Positions 27,496-36,860 of a DNA stretch of 44,981 nucleotides are shown piece after piece. Below the pieces are notes generated by a model that did no database searches, was not told where the DNA came from, and saw only the letters and a program-made list of their open reading frames with translations. The first letter of the stretch is position 1. Every line of letters begins with the position of its first letter. Location of the stretch: positions 1-44,981 of the IMG/VR virus record IMGVR_UViG_3300017700_000220; one strand, written 5' to 3'. Origin of the DNA: a virus. Its lineage: Duplodnaviria; Caudoviricetes. Position numbers and translations under genes: made by a program.

Positions 27496-28703
27496 TTCCG
27501 TTCTCCTGCTGTGATTATGGGATCGTCCACATATACCGACACTCTGGCAGTAATGCCATGCTCGGGGTGGACAAACCACAAGCATTGTGACGGACGGCTA
27601 GGCTCGGCCCGCAGGAACAAGCGGGCGTATTCGTCGTATCCCTTCAGCGCATTGTTGACAATGACGCGTCCGATCCAAAGTTCTTGGTGCCAGTGGCCCA
27701 TGATCAGGTAGTCGAATTCTCGCCCGATCTTGAATTCCGAATTCTTGAGTTTGACAGAGCCACGCGCAATTGGGCCAAGCGCTCCAATGATTCCATCGCC
27801 GCCCTTAACTCCAAGGGCGTTTCCGTGTGTGAGAAGGAAACGTTGGCCCGCCACGCTAAAGAAGGCGTCCGTTTCATTGGGGACAAATACTGTAACGTCA
27901 TTGTCATTTTTATAGTGCCTTTCCAGCATTTGATACAGCGTCCATTCGTAGGACAGGAAGACGGCTTGCTTGGCGCGTTGCTTCTTCGTGGTGCGCCCAT
28001 GGTTGCCGACTACGCAGGGAAGGAAGACCTTGCCGAATTCTTTCTTCAACTGATCCACACCCCATATGAGCATGTCCAGTACGTCACTGATAGCTTGTAG
28101 CGGGGTGCCATCGTTCGTTTCCGCAAGTTCTTCATGTATGTCACCGCTGATCATATCGCCACCCAGGGCGACTACAATACCGGGTGGGACTGGCGAACCG
28201 TCACGGAAGGCAAAGCCCTTGGCAAGTCGGATCGTGCGCTCCACAAGGCGCTTGACGCGTATCTTGCCGATAGCTCGGTTGAACTCATTGACGCCGCCGG
28301 TTTCTTCCTTGCTGACAACTTCGCCGTAATGCCAGTCAGACCAAAAGGCAAACGGGATTGATCCATGCCCTTCCTTGCCGCGCGGCTTGATCGTCCACTT
28401 CGGCGGGTTCGGATTGACTGCGGCCAAGCCGAAGATCGTTTCTCGCAGCGTGTCGGCATTCTCGTTCGCGGTGTGGACAGCGCCAAGCTTGGCCCGCAAG
28501 TCCCGTATCTCTGTCTGCGCAGCGGCAAGAGGATCACGCTTGGCAGCAGCGGTAATGCCGCGCTTCTTGGCGGCGTCCAGGTGTCGCCGGAAGGACGTTT
28601 CTGAAAGGCCCGCCGCGTTCGCAGCGTCCTTCATCGTCTTGTGCTGCGCCATGAACTTGACAGCCTCAATACATTCGGCGTCCTGAATTTTATTTGTTGC
28701 CAT
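27474..28703 (-). CDS. Calcineurin-like metallophosphoesterase with N-terminal HTH and coiled coil
   Basis: SDWH, GDMISG, GNHG, THG and GHWH motifs. Confidence 0.85.
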   Translation of the reverse strand: MATNKIQDAECIEAVKFMAQHKTMKDAANAAGLSETSFRRHLDAAKKRGITAAAKRDPLAAAQTEIRDLRAKLGAVHTANENADTLRETIFGLAAVNPNPPKWTIKPRGKEGHGSIPFAFWSDWHYGEVVSKEETGGVNEFNRAIGKIRVKRLVERTIRLAKGFAFRDGSPVPPGIVVALGGDMISGDIHEELAETNDGTPLQAISDVLDMLIWGVDQLKKEFGKVFLPCVVGNHGRTTKKQRAKQAVFLSYEWTLYQMLERHYKNDNDVTVFVPNETDAFFSVAGQRFLLTHGNALGVKGGDGIIGALGPIARGSVKLKNSEFKIGREFDYLIMGHWHQELWIGRVIVNNALKGYDEYARLFLRAEPSRPSQCLWFVHPEHGITARVSVYVDDPIITAGERKWVEIQK

Positions 28704-29118
28704 GATTGTCCCCTTTAAGGTGTGATGGATAGGTGTTGTGAATGAAGGTTAGGAATTGTTCAAGGTCTAATATCGCCACCCAAGGCTTATCACTTCGCCG
28801 GTGCATGACAATAGGTACGTCTGATCCTGCATCCTTACGTGCCTGTTCAAGCCAGTTGTATAAATTTCCAGCTTCAACCCTTTTGCATTCGATGTGAATT
28901 CCAATTGCGGATAGCATGTCGGAAACAATGTCGGGACTATCCGGAGTACCTTTGAATTGCTGACCTCTACGGGCATCGAACCCATTAGAGATAAGAAAAT
29001 TACTAAGCTCAAGTTCACCACGACTACCCTTCTTTCTGCTGTTGACGCGCTTTACTTTCGATACCTGTCTGCCACCATCATTTCGATTGCTACGGGTATT
29101 TTTAGTTCCTTTGCCCAT
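28690..29118 (-). CDS. PD-(D/E)XK nuclease, Holliday junction resolvase-like
   Basis: NSRKKGSRGELE, PDIV, IECKR and WLEQA motifs. Confidence 0.8.
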   Translation of the reverse strand: MGKGTKNTRSNRNDGGRQVSKVKRVNSRKKGSRGELELSNFLISNGFDARRGQQFKGTPDSPDIVSDMLSAIGIHIECKRVEAGNLYNWLEQARKDAGSDVPIVMHRRSDKPWVAILDLEQFLTFIHNTYPSHLKGDNHGNK

Positions 29119-31073
29119 GACGGTGTTTCCTGCATTACCTGTTCAAATAACTTAGCACGATCCTCTGGCGCTTCGCAAACATTTTCGTCATGCACCGTCA
29201 AAACCGTTGGTAAATTTTCCCGTTCGCATTGGAACATGGTGTGAACCAAAAGGTCACGGGCTTCAGCTTGCACAATGTTTTCCGTGAGAAGCCCGCCGTA
29301 AGCATCGCGCCTGATCCAGCGTCCAGCTTTATAGGTTTGGTGGGACCAGCCAGGGCGTATGTCATCCTTGTCCCATGGCACCGCCTTGCGGATTTTCTGC
29401 GGCGCATAATAGAACAGCTTGCGCCCTGAATGCAAGCGTGCCGTTAGCCACTCGCCTTCCATCTTGTATGTAATGCCAGCGAAGTCCTGTGGCCGATTAT
29501 CCCACACGGCTTTGGTTGACGCCCGTTCCAGTCCGTACCAAAGTTCAACTACCAGTGGCGCAAGGTCCTTGCGGTACGCGTTGATGCAGCGTTCGGCAAA
29601 GTCAATAGTTTCATTGGGGCAATAGCGCTTGTGGAATGTCTTCTTGCCCATGCCGAAGCCAGCGCCAAGGATCGTCTGCTTGCCGGTGGTGCGCTTCTCG
29701 GGGTGTTCCTTCTTTGTGACCTTCTGCTTATAGATAGCTTCCGCCATGGTGCAGTAGGGATCACCGTTGACGAACGTTTCAAGAGCATCGTATTGACCGG
29801 CCAAGGCCAACACGCCACGGGCTTCAATCTGCGCGAAGTCGGCAATGAGAAGCTTCTTTCCTTCGTCGGCTACAAGCGCATGGCGTAGGCCGGAAGCCAC
29901 CACTTCAATTGGTTCGCCATAGATCATGCGTATATAATCATTGTCCCCTTCCATGATTGCTGCCACAATCTGATCAGGTGACGCCATTTTCATTTTGCCT
30001 TCAGCATCTTCACCGATCTCAATAGAGGCGCGGGGGAAGTTGTGTGGCTGCAAAATGCGTCCGGCCCAACGTCCAGGTCCGGCACCGTGATACTGCACAA
30101 GCCCGCGTGCGCGTCCGTCTGCGCCTTGACAGGCAAGCATGGCGGGCAGCTTTTTGATTGACGCGGACGCCGCAAGGTTCCGTATGTACAACGCTTCCCG
30201 GCAAATAGGCGGCACGTAAATTTCTTCGTCTTCCCATGAATCCCATTCGGCAAGCGATACTTCATCGTCTTCCTTGTCGCCTATAAGTTTCTTCACGGTG
30301 TCCTTGGTCAAGTCCGGAACATCAAGCCCATTCGCTGATAGCCAGCCTTTGAACTTCTCGCCCTGTCCCGGCTTCAGGCCGGTCAATTCCTTGAAGCGGC
30401 TTTCCAGCCGTGGCATTTCGCGTTCCACCACGCCAACGCACGCGTCTATGTATGCGGTGTCAAGACGAATACCACGGTCATTGATCCGCTGATCCATTTC
30501 CCACACCTTGCGTTCACCGCCTTGGAAGTTTTGAACGCGGTGGAGCAGTTCAATTTCGCCGTCAATGTCGGTGCCGCAGTATTGCTTTATGCGCGGTATG
30601 TGGCGCGGATCGTATAGGGAATGACCGGTCTTCTTGTCGAACCGGGACATGCTTATTGTAAGCCGGTGTCCTTCCATATCCTTCTGCGTCTTCAGTTGCA
30701 GGACACGGGACACAACGTCAAGCTTGGCCGGAAGCCCCTTCTGAAGCGAAACGGCCATGGTGCAATGCCAGCGCTCAATTGGAATCTCAGGCCACCCAAG
30801 CGGGACCATTAGGTTAGTCCATATGCAGCGCTCGAATTGAACGTTGTGCGCAATGAACCAAACTTCGGGATCGTTCACAAGGGAAAGTAGGCCGGGATTG
30901 TTTTCCGGCAGCAATTCATCTGGACCGAGTATGGCACCGAACCCGTTGTGATCCTTCCATGCCAGCGTCATTATAGAAGTGGTGGGACATGCCGCATAAA
31001 AATAGGCACCGGACTTTTTCAAGTCCGTGCCTGATTTAGTTTCAAAGTCGGCAAGCACCCAACGTTTAGACAC
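29052..31073 (-). CDS. polA: DNA polymerase family A with 3'-5' exonuclease
   Basis: DFET, AHNVQFE, YCGTD exonuclease motifs; DFAQIEAR (A), RTTGKQTILGAGFG (B), TVHDE (C). Confidence 0.93.
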   Translation of the reverse strand: MSKRWVLADFETKSGTDLKKSGAYFYAACPTTSIMTLAWKDHNGFGAILGPDELLPENNPGLLSLVNDPEVWFIAHNVQFERCIWTNLMVPLGWPEIPIERWHCTMAVSLQKGLPAKLDVVSRVLQLKTQKDMEGHRLTISMSRFDKKTGHSLYDPRHIPRIKQYCGTDIDGEIELLHRVQNFQGGERKVWEMDQRINDRGIRLDTAYIDACVGVVEREMPRLESRFKELTGLKPGQGEKFKGWLSANGLDVPDLTKDTVKKLIGDKEDDEVSLAEWDSWEDEEIYVPPICREALYIRNLAASASIKKLPAMLACQGADGRARGLVQYHGAGPGRWAGRILQPHNFPRASIEIGEDAEGKMKMASPDQIVAAIMEGDNDYIRMIYGEPIEVVASGLRHALVADEGKKLLIADFAQIEARGVLALAGQYDALETFVNGDPYCTMAEAIYKQKVTKKEHPEKRTTGKQTILGAGFGMGKKTFHKRYCPNETIDFAERCINAYRKDLAPLVVELWYGLERASTKAVWDNRPQDFAGITYKMEGEWLTARLHSGRKLFYYAPQKIRKAVPWDKDDIRPGWSHQTYKAGRWIRRDAYGGLLTENIVQAEARDLLVHTMFQCERENLPTVLTVHDENVCEAPEDRAKLFEQVMQETPSWAKELKIPVAIEMMVADRYRK

Positions 31074-31488
31074 GTACCCATGCCCCCTTGTCGAAGCGCA
31101 GATCAGGTGGCGCTTTGTAGGGCTTGCGATAGGTGCCTACGCCCTGACTGCCAATGTAGCCAGTGATTGCCCACATGGGGTGCGCAAGCTTCTGTGCGTA
31201 GTTGTACTGCGATACGAGATAGCGCAGAAGGTTGTTGTCAAAGCCTTCATGGATCGGCACCGCCTTGAACCACTTGGCTTTGTTGGCTTCCCATTCTTCT
31301 TGAGACTTGCCGCCGTGAAGAAGCTTGGTGGCGGCGTTCTTCCAGTGATAGACGAACCCAAGCGGGTGCGGGTGCTTCCATTCCTGAATTACCGTGCCGT
31401 CCTTGTTCTTGAAGGTGTAGCCATCGCGCACCTTGTCAACGCGCTTGCACCCTGGAATGCGTATTGCTGGCTGAAACATTTTGCTCAT
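31066..31488 (-). CDS. Hypothetical protein
   Basis: ACAGGAG RBS; overlaps both neighbours. Confidence 0.7.
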   Translation of the reverse strand: MSKMFQPAIRIPGCKRVDKVRDGYTFKNKDGTVIQEWKHPHPLGFVYHWKNAATKLLHGGKSQEEWEANKAKWFKAVPIHEGFDNNLLRYLVSQYNYAQKLAHPMWAITGYIGSQGVGTYRKPYKAPPDLRFDKGAWVRV

Positions 31489-31673
31489 AGCGGTTTGCTC
31501 CTGTACTCAAAGAACCAATAGCCAGTGTAGCCGCTATATTCGCCCCACCGCACTACGGTTTCTAACCATGCCCAATTCCCGCTTTCTAACTTAACAGGAC
31601 GCCAAGCGAACCACAAATGCGGGGCCATGAGTCGGGCTTTCTTCAGGGCGTATTTCTCTGCGCGAATTTGCAT
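31485..31673 (-). CDS. Small Trp-rich hypothetical protein
   Basis: AGACAGGAG RBS; WFAWRPV...WAWLE.V.R motif common in phage small proteins. Confidence 0.7.
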   Translation of the reverse strand: MQIRAEKYALKKARLMAPHLWFAWRPVKLESGNWAWLETVVRWGEYSGYTGYWFFEYRSKPL

Positions 31674-31760
31674 AGTCTTCTCCTGTCTAAAACTCCACCC
31701 CTACTGGTTGATTGCGCCGTGGCGTCGAAGGGTTCGGGGTGGAGCTAATGCACCGTTCGT

Positions 31761-32381
31761 TTAGAACGGGACTTCATCATCGTCCGGATCATCGTCGGAA
31801 TTCTGCCCGACATAGCCCCGGTATGTTTCGGACTGATCCTTGCCGCCGATCCGTTCACCGTCCTTCACCCAAAGCACGCTTTGGAGATAAGCGGTTACGC
31901 CATCCGCGCCTTCATCACCTTCATACGCAACAAACTTCACTTCGCCCGCCATGATAGCGCCGGAATAAAATTTGCCTTTGTACTTGGCTTTGTCCATGTC
32001 GGTTTCAAGGGTCACGATCCGGCCCTTGTCAAGCACGTTCAAGATCGGCGGGTACTGCGTCCGCGCCGTGAGAACGAGATTGCCAAGATAGAACTTGCCG
32101 TCCTTCTTCTTGGCCGCTGCCTTGTCAGCTTTCTTCTTGCCGGATACCAGCGGCATCTTCAGTTCCGTTAGCGGACGATCAGGCCACTTGGCCCGCGCGA
32201 CTGCTGCAATTGCGGCTTTGATAGCCGGAATTTCGGCGCTGTCTTCAGGAATCAAAAAGGTGGTTTGGAATTTGGCTTCGCCAATTTCCTTGCCGTTCTT
32301 CTTGAATTTCTTGGGATCAAACAAACTCACGAACGCGCATCGCACGGGTTCACGGAATGTATAACTGTTGTCAGTTGTCAT
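31761..32381 (-). CDS. Single-stranded DNA-binding protein (DUF2815 / gp2.5-like)
   Basis: FYSG, GVT.YL..V..VKDGE motifs; acidic tail ending DDEVPF. Confidence 0.85.
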   Translation of the reverse strand: MTTDNSYTFREPVRCAFVSLFDPKKFKKNGKEIGEAKFQTTFLIPEDSAEIPAIKAAIAAVARAKWPDRPLTELKMPLVSGKKKADKAAAKKKDGKFYLGNLVLTARTQYPPILNVLDKGRIVTLETDMDKAKYKGKFYSGAIMAGEVKFVAYEGDEGADGVTAYLQSVLWVKDGERIGGKDQSETYRGYVGQNSDDDPDDDEVPF

Positions 32382-33646
32382 GGTTCTTCACCTTTCATAC
32401 CCGCTACAATGTGAGCAAAGGTTTCTGCGGGTGCCGTCACCTTCACACCCGGCTTCTTATCTGAAGCCAAGGCAACTGTCAAGCCAGTGTCCGGGGCGTA
32501 TGCCCATTCCTTCACAAGCTTCTTAGCATCGGGGCCAAGTTTTTCAATCTCTGCCGGTGACTTTAGTTCCGGCTCGGTCATGGCAAGCGCCCCGAAGGTC
32601 TTCTTCAATATAGGAATGCCTTCCGGCTTGAACACGCGGTCCGAACGCTTGTGCACAAGCTTGATACCTTCACCAAGGTCCTGGCTCAACATCAAGCGCC
32701 CAAGGGTTTCCGACTGGACGGCCTTGATATACATTTGCACCGGCGCAATCATCTGCCATTCTTGTGACAGCATCTTGGGATCGGCTTCCTTCAGCCAGCT
32801 TGAGTTGACCGTAGCGGCAACGCGGAACATGCCACGCAGCAGCGGACAGATGGTCTTGGCCGGACAGAACCGGCAATGTTCACCGGCCTGGAACTTCGTT
32901 TCTGATTCGGCAAGCTTCATGGCTGGCAGCAAGGTTTCCCTGCCCCACTCCATGATCTCGCCCGCCGTTGTATGCCACGGCTTCTTGGGTTCTTCTTCCC
33001 ACATGCGGGGTTGAATGATTGAAATGATCACGGGGAAGTCCGGATCAATGTCCCGCTTGCGTTGAATGTCAAGCAGAATACCATAGGCATAGTACATGAC
33101 TTGCGGATTGTTTTCCGGATCAACTGAGACACCGGCACCAAACTTGAAGTCTGCCAGTTCCAGCCATTCATGCGTAAGCATGGCATAGTCAACCGTGCCA
33201 TAGAACGCGGGGTGTGGCCGGTGCGCTTCGTATTCGCCAATGGGGTGTTCAATGAACTCCATGGCGCAAGCAAGGTTCGGGTCTTCATCTTCGCATATGG
33301 CGTGCGCCCGTTCCTGAATGCCACGGCAATGATCCACATATTCTTGGATACATTCAAGTTCCAGATCGGACACGGGGAGAAGCGGACCATCATCTTCCTC
33401 TGCCGGATGATCAAACAACATGCCGGTCTTGGAGCTATACATAAGGTCCCCATGCTCCCAAGCATCGGTATTGTTTTTCAAACAAAGTGACGCGACTTCA
33501 TGGGCAGCGGTGCCGCCTACGCGGTACTCGGGATTGCTGAAGTCATCGTTGGTGCCAAGAGTACGGGCAAGCGTCACGCTGCCGGTACAGGCCATCCACC
33601 TTGACGCGCCGGACGCGCCAAGGTGGGAATGTACCACGTTGCCCAC
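32378..33646 (-). CDS. DUF2800 family Cas4-like PD-(D/E)XK exonuclease
   Basis: HS.LGASGASRWMAC.GS, GTAAHE, GTVD, DFKFG.G, N.Q...YA.G, HCRFCPAK..CP. Confidence 0.88.
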   Translation of the reverse strand: MGNVVHSHLGASGASRWMACTGSVTLARTLGTNDDFSNPEYRVGGTAAHEVASLCLKNNTDAWEHGDLMYSSKTGMLFDHPAEEDDGPLLPVSDLELECIQEYVDHCRGIQERAHAICEDEDPNLACAMEFIEHPIGEYEAHRPHPAFYGTVDYAMLTHEWLELADFKFGAGVSVDPENNPQVMYYAYGILLDIQRKRDIDPDFPVIISIIQPRMWEEEPKKPWHTTAGEIMEWGRETLLPAMKLAESETKFQAGEHCRFCPAKTICPLLRGMFRVAATVNSSWLKEADPKMLSQEWQMIAPVQMYIKAVQSETLGRLMLSQDLGEGIKLVHKRSDRVFKPEGIPILKKTFGALAMTEPELKSPAEIEKLGPDAKKLVKEWAYAPDTGLTVALASDKKPGVKVTAPAETFAHIVAGMKGEEP

Positions 33647-34182
33647 TAGCCTTGGGCAGCGAACGCGCGAAGTTCCTTGAGGAACGCCGAACGCTTTTCC
33701 TTCTTGATCCCGGCCAATGTCGGCGGGGTGTTGCCTTCAGGATGATACTTCTTGATAATCGCCTTGATCTCACCCGGCTTCTTCAGCTTCTTGTTAATGT
33801 CGGTGACGATCTTGGTCATCGCAGCATCGGAAAGGTCTTCAGCAGTTTCCGCTTCAGCCCCGGTTTCCCACTCCGCCGCGTCATCACTCGCTTCCGACTT
33901 CTCGCCGTCGATAGGAAATGAGTCTGCGGCGGTTTCCTTCTTCGCAGTCGTGCGCTTAGGCTTATCGGCGGGCGCTTCGCCGCCTTTGACTTCTGCCGCC
34001 CTGGACTTGCCAAGCATGACGTTGACAACGTTCTTGGCTTGCTCCGCTGCCTTGGCAAGTTCGGTAGTATAGTCACTACCTTCCGTGTCAAAGCTGATCT
34101 TGGCATTGGCCTTTTTGTTCACGCCGTATTCTTCCGGCGCTTTAATTCCGTCTTCATAGAAGACTTCTCCATGCGTGTTCAT
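33646..34182 (-). CDS. Hypothetical protein with Ala/Glu/Lys-rich linker
   Basis: AGACAGGAG RBS; usual position upstream of DUF2800. Confidence 0.75.
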   Translation of the reverse strand: MNTHGEVFYEDGIKAPEEYGVNKKANAKISFDTEGSDYTTELAKAAEQAKNVVNVMLGKSRAAEVKGGEAPADKPKRTTAKKETAADSFPIDGEKSEASDDAAEWETGAEAETAEDLSDAAMTKIVTDINKKLKKPGEIKAIIKKYHPEGNTPPTLAGIKKEKRSAFLKELRAFAAQG

Positions 34183-34198
34183 AAGCTTTCGCTCCTGT

Positions 34199-34513
34199 CT
34201 ATGCCGATCCCGCAACGGGGGTTACAGCGGTTAAGTTTCCTGGCGGTGGGCTTTTGTGTTGCGCTTCCAACTCTGCCGCCAGTCTAACAGCATCGGAAAC
34301 GGTAATTTCAAAATACATATTGGCTTCGGCGGTAATCACCATGCCATAGGTGCGCCGGTTCGTGGCGTTGTAGCATGTGTTGATTGCCACCACGCCGGGG
34401 ATAGGAACGAGAAGGTTGATCCCGGTGTAGGGTCCAGCGGTGGGAACAAAGGCGATAATGTCAACGCCTTCTTCAAGCATTTCGCCACCCGGCATTTCTA
34501 CTTTGCGCCCCAT
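34199..34513 (-). CDS. Hypothetical protein
   Basis: Tiles the operon. Confidence 0.6.
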   Translation of the reverse strand: MGRKVEMPGGEMLEEGVDIIAFVPTAGPYTGINLLVPIPGVVAINTCYNATNRRTYGMVITAEANMYFEITVSDAVRLAAELEAQHKSPPPGNLTAVTPVAGSA

Positions 34514-34686
34514 AGATACCCCATGTCCTTGAAGGTTTCATCGTCAATCGTGAACGAGTTGCCATCCAGCAACACCATAGTTTGATGCTTCTCGCCCTGC
34601 GGCGTGAAGTAGCCAATGGCGTGCGGGTTAAGCGTCAAGGGGATTTTCCCGTTCACGTTAATCTGGATCATTCTCATTGCGGGCAT
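34498..34686 (-). CDS. Small hypothetical protein, FlbD/SwrD-like pattern
   Basis: ACAGGAG RBS; MIQI...LNP..I...T...L.G..F.I.D pattern. Confidence 0.6.
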   Translation of the reverse strand: MPAMRMIQINVNGKIPLTLNPHAIGYFTPQGEKHQTMVLLDGNSFTIDDETFKDMGYLWGAK

Positions 34687-34699
34687 GTGGCTTCTCCTG

Positions 34700-36418
34700 T
34701 CACGCTGCGGTTTCCCAAGTGTCTAGTCCAAAATCTATAGGCTTGTCAAGTGTGGTGTGAATGTTCTGCGCTTTCTTCAGGGCGGACGATAGAATCTTCT
34801 CGGCCACGCTGCCGGGTGCCACGAATAGATCAGCCTGGACCGTACCGGCTTGGCCGAAGCGGTTAAGACGGTCCACCGCCTGTTCATTGTTGCCGGGAAC
34901 CCAATCAGGTTCCGCCAGTAGGCAATGCGCAGACACCGCCTGAAGCCCGTCCGTGCCATCGCCCATGGCTTGCATGTTGCCAAGCAGGACGGGTATCCGG
35001 GGATCAGCAATGAACGTGTCAACTGCCGCCTGTTTCTTTTTGGTGCCGGTGCTGCCGTCAATGCGCAGCGTGCGATAGCCAAGCTTGGCAAGGCCACGCT
35101 CAAGAATGTTCAAGACTTCTATATGCCAAGCAAACAGCACGATCTTTTCTTCACCGCCGTCAATCAGCATGTCCACCCAATCCACAACTTGCGGGGCAAT
35201 GGCTATGCCCATCATGCGCCGGACTGCCGCAATGTGTCCAAGCACCTTGACGTTGTGCGGATCAAATTGTTCGGGATCAATGTCAAGCAAACTCTCTGCC
35301 TTCAGCGCCGCCTTGACTGCGCCGGTTTCCTCAACGCGGATCAGATCATACAGCGGCAGCTTCAGTTGCGGAAGAACGTCCTTCTTCAAGTGGCGCGTCA
35401 TAAAGTGTGTGCGCATACGATACTGAAGTTCCGCGCTGCGTCCTACGCGTTCGTCCGTGTAAATGAATGTGGTGCCGTCCTTGCGCTTGCCAGTCTTGCG
35501 CTCCATCGGATTGAAGCGGCTACTGAAACTGTCTTCGCTCATCCAGTCAATGCTATCCCAACAATGATTGCGTGCAAGTACATAGGCTTCACGCGGACGA
35601 TTCAGAAGCGGGGTTCCAGATAGGCTAACGAGCGAACCGCAGCGCGACTTCAGCGCGTCAAATAGGTATTCATGTTCTTCTGTTTCCTTGTTCCATTGCC
35701 GGAACGTGCCAGTCTCAAGATCGCCAAATAGGGCGCGGGTGCGTATGCTGTCTGAAGTCTTGGCTTTGTGGGCTTCGTCTGTGATCATAAGGTCATACGT
35801 GCCGCGTGAAAGCGCCCGCCCTATCTCCGTATTTCTAGCGAGATCGTAGGAAACAATCGTCCACTCCGCCGTGGGGTGTACTCCACGCTTGCCGTTAAGG
35901 ATCGGATAGATATGATAAGGCCACCGCATTTGTGTCCATTCCCGTATGCGATTAGCCCATTGAAGCCGAATAGAGGCAGGGCATACAACCAAGACACGTT
36001 TCGCACGAATTTCATTGGCAAAGCATATAGCCGTTGGGGTCTTTCCGAGTCCTGGCTGATCGCCCACAAGCCCCCCGCCCCGGCGTAGAAGGTATTCCAC
36101 GTTGGCTTTTTGGAACGGCCAAAGTTCCTGATCAGCGGGGCAATCAATGTGCGCTTGGCTTTCATTCAACCAGCTTTCCGCGACTGCTTCCGTGATCCAC
36201 GCCAGATTACGGGCGGTATCTTCATCAGCGAAACGAACGAAAGGGGCCGCAGCATACGGGCAATCCGTAAATAGTGTTGCTGTTGCCTCTGTGCTTCTTG
36301 GGTTTGAAAAATCGAACCCATAATCCCGCATAAGTTCTTGAACATCAGGGGTGCTTCCTCTTGGCACGGTTAGAATGTAGTTGCCCTTCTTCGGGGCGTA
36401 CCGCAACTTCATAGCCAT
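34700..36418 (-). CDS. SNF2-family (SF2) helicase
   Basis: GDQPGLGKT, DEAH, LSGTP..NR, W.P....QA.DR..R.GQ motifs. Confidence 0.92.
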   Translation of the reverse strand: MAMKLRYAPKKGNYILTVPRGSTPDVQELMRDYGFDFSNPRSTEATATLFTDCPYAAAPFVRFADEDTARNLAWITEAVAESWLNESQAHIDCPADQELWPFQKANVEYLLRRGGGLVGDQPGLGKTPTAICFANEIRAKRVLVVCPASIRLQWANRIREWTQMRWPYHIYPILNGKRGVHPTAEWTIVSYDLARNTEIGRALSRGTYDLMITDEAHKAKTSDSIRTRALFGDLETGTFRQWNKETEEHEYLFDALKSRCGSLVSLSGTPLLNRPREAYVLARNHCWDSIDWMSEDSFSSRFNPMERKTGKRKDGTTFIYTDERVGRSAELQYRMRTHFMTRHLKKDVLPQLKLPLYDLIRVEETGAVKAALKAESLLDIDPEQFDPHNVKVLGHIAAVRRMMGIAIAPQVVDWVDMLIDGGEEKIVLFAWHIEVLNILERGLAKLGYRTLRIDGSTGTKKKQAAVDTFIADPRIPVLLGNMQAMGDGTDGLQAVSAHCLLAEPDWVPGNNEQAVDRLNRFGQAGTVQADLFVAPGSVAEKILSSALKKAQNIHTTLDKPIDFGLDTWETAA

Positions 36419-36599
36419 GTTGTTTCATCCATTCACGGTGTTGTTCGTTAGCAAGCTTGCGCTTCGCAGAAGCCGTGGCCGCAATTGTGGCGTAGGCACC
36501 TTTCTTCTTCATCCCTTCCGGGTTTTCCGACTTGAGCCGGTGCTTCGCGTTGTTCTTTCCTGGGGGCAAGCTGTCCCGATATGTCATATTGTAGCCCAT
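36345..36599 (-). CDS. Basic hypothetical protein overlapping both neighbours
   Basis: AGACAGGA RBS before ATG 36599; phage-like codon use. Confidence 0.5.
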   Translation of the reverse strand: MGYNMTYRDSLPPGKNNAKHRLKSENPEGMKKKGAYATIAATASAKRKLANEQHREWMKQHGYEVAVRPEEGQLHSNRAKRKHP

Positions 36600-36687
36600 G
36601 ATCCTGTCTTCCAAGTTTGCGCCCGTTGTGCATCTTCCATTGCCACGGGCGGCGTCCGTTTATCCATGGCCGATATTCAATAATCAC
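36448..36687 (-). CDS. Hypothetical protein
   Basis: AAGGAAGG RBS; GTGA coupling to the upstream ORF. Confidence 0.45.
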   Translation of the reverse strand: MIIEYRPWINGRRPWQWKMHNGRKLGRQDHGLQYDISGQLAPRKEQREAPAQVGKPGRDEEERCLRHNCGHGFCEAQAC

Positions 36688-36860
36688 AATTCACCTTCCT
36701 TGGGGTAAACGTTGCGGTCCCATTCGTGGGTATAGGTATCGCCGGACGAATACGTGATCTTGCATTTCTCGCCTTTGTCCCGGTGCATGGCGCGGTGCCG
36801 TGCAATGCCAAGGGACTTAAAGCCCTTGTGACACGTATGGCACCAACATTCGCCGCCCAT
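36684..36860 (-). CDS. 58-aa C2H2 zinc-finger-like protein
   Basis: Hand translation MGGECWCHTCHKGFKSLGIARHRAMHRDKGE...; TAATG and GTGA coupling. Confidence 0.7.
   Translation of the reverse strand: MGGECWCHTCHKGFKSLGIARHRAMHRDKGEKCKITYSSGDTYTHEWDRNVYPKEGEL

Noticed and set aside
32378-33646. Cas4 as evidence of a CRISPR system
   Set aside because: Motifs and the SSB/PolA neighbourhood match the common phage DUF2800 exonuclease.
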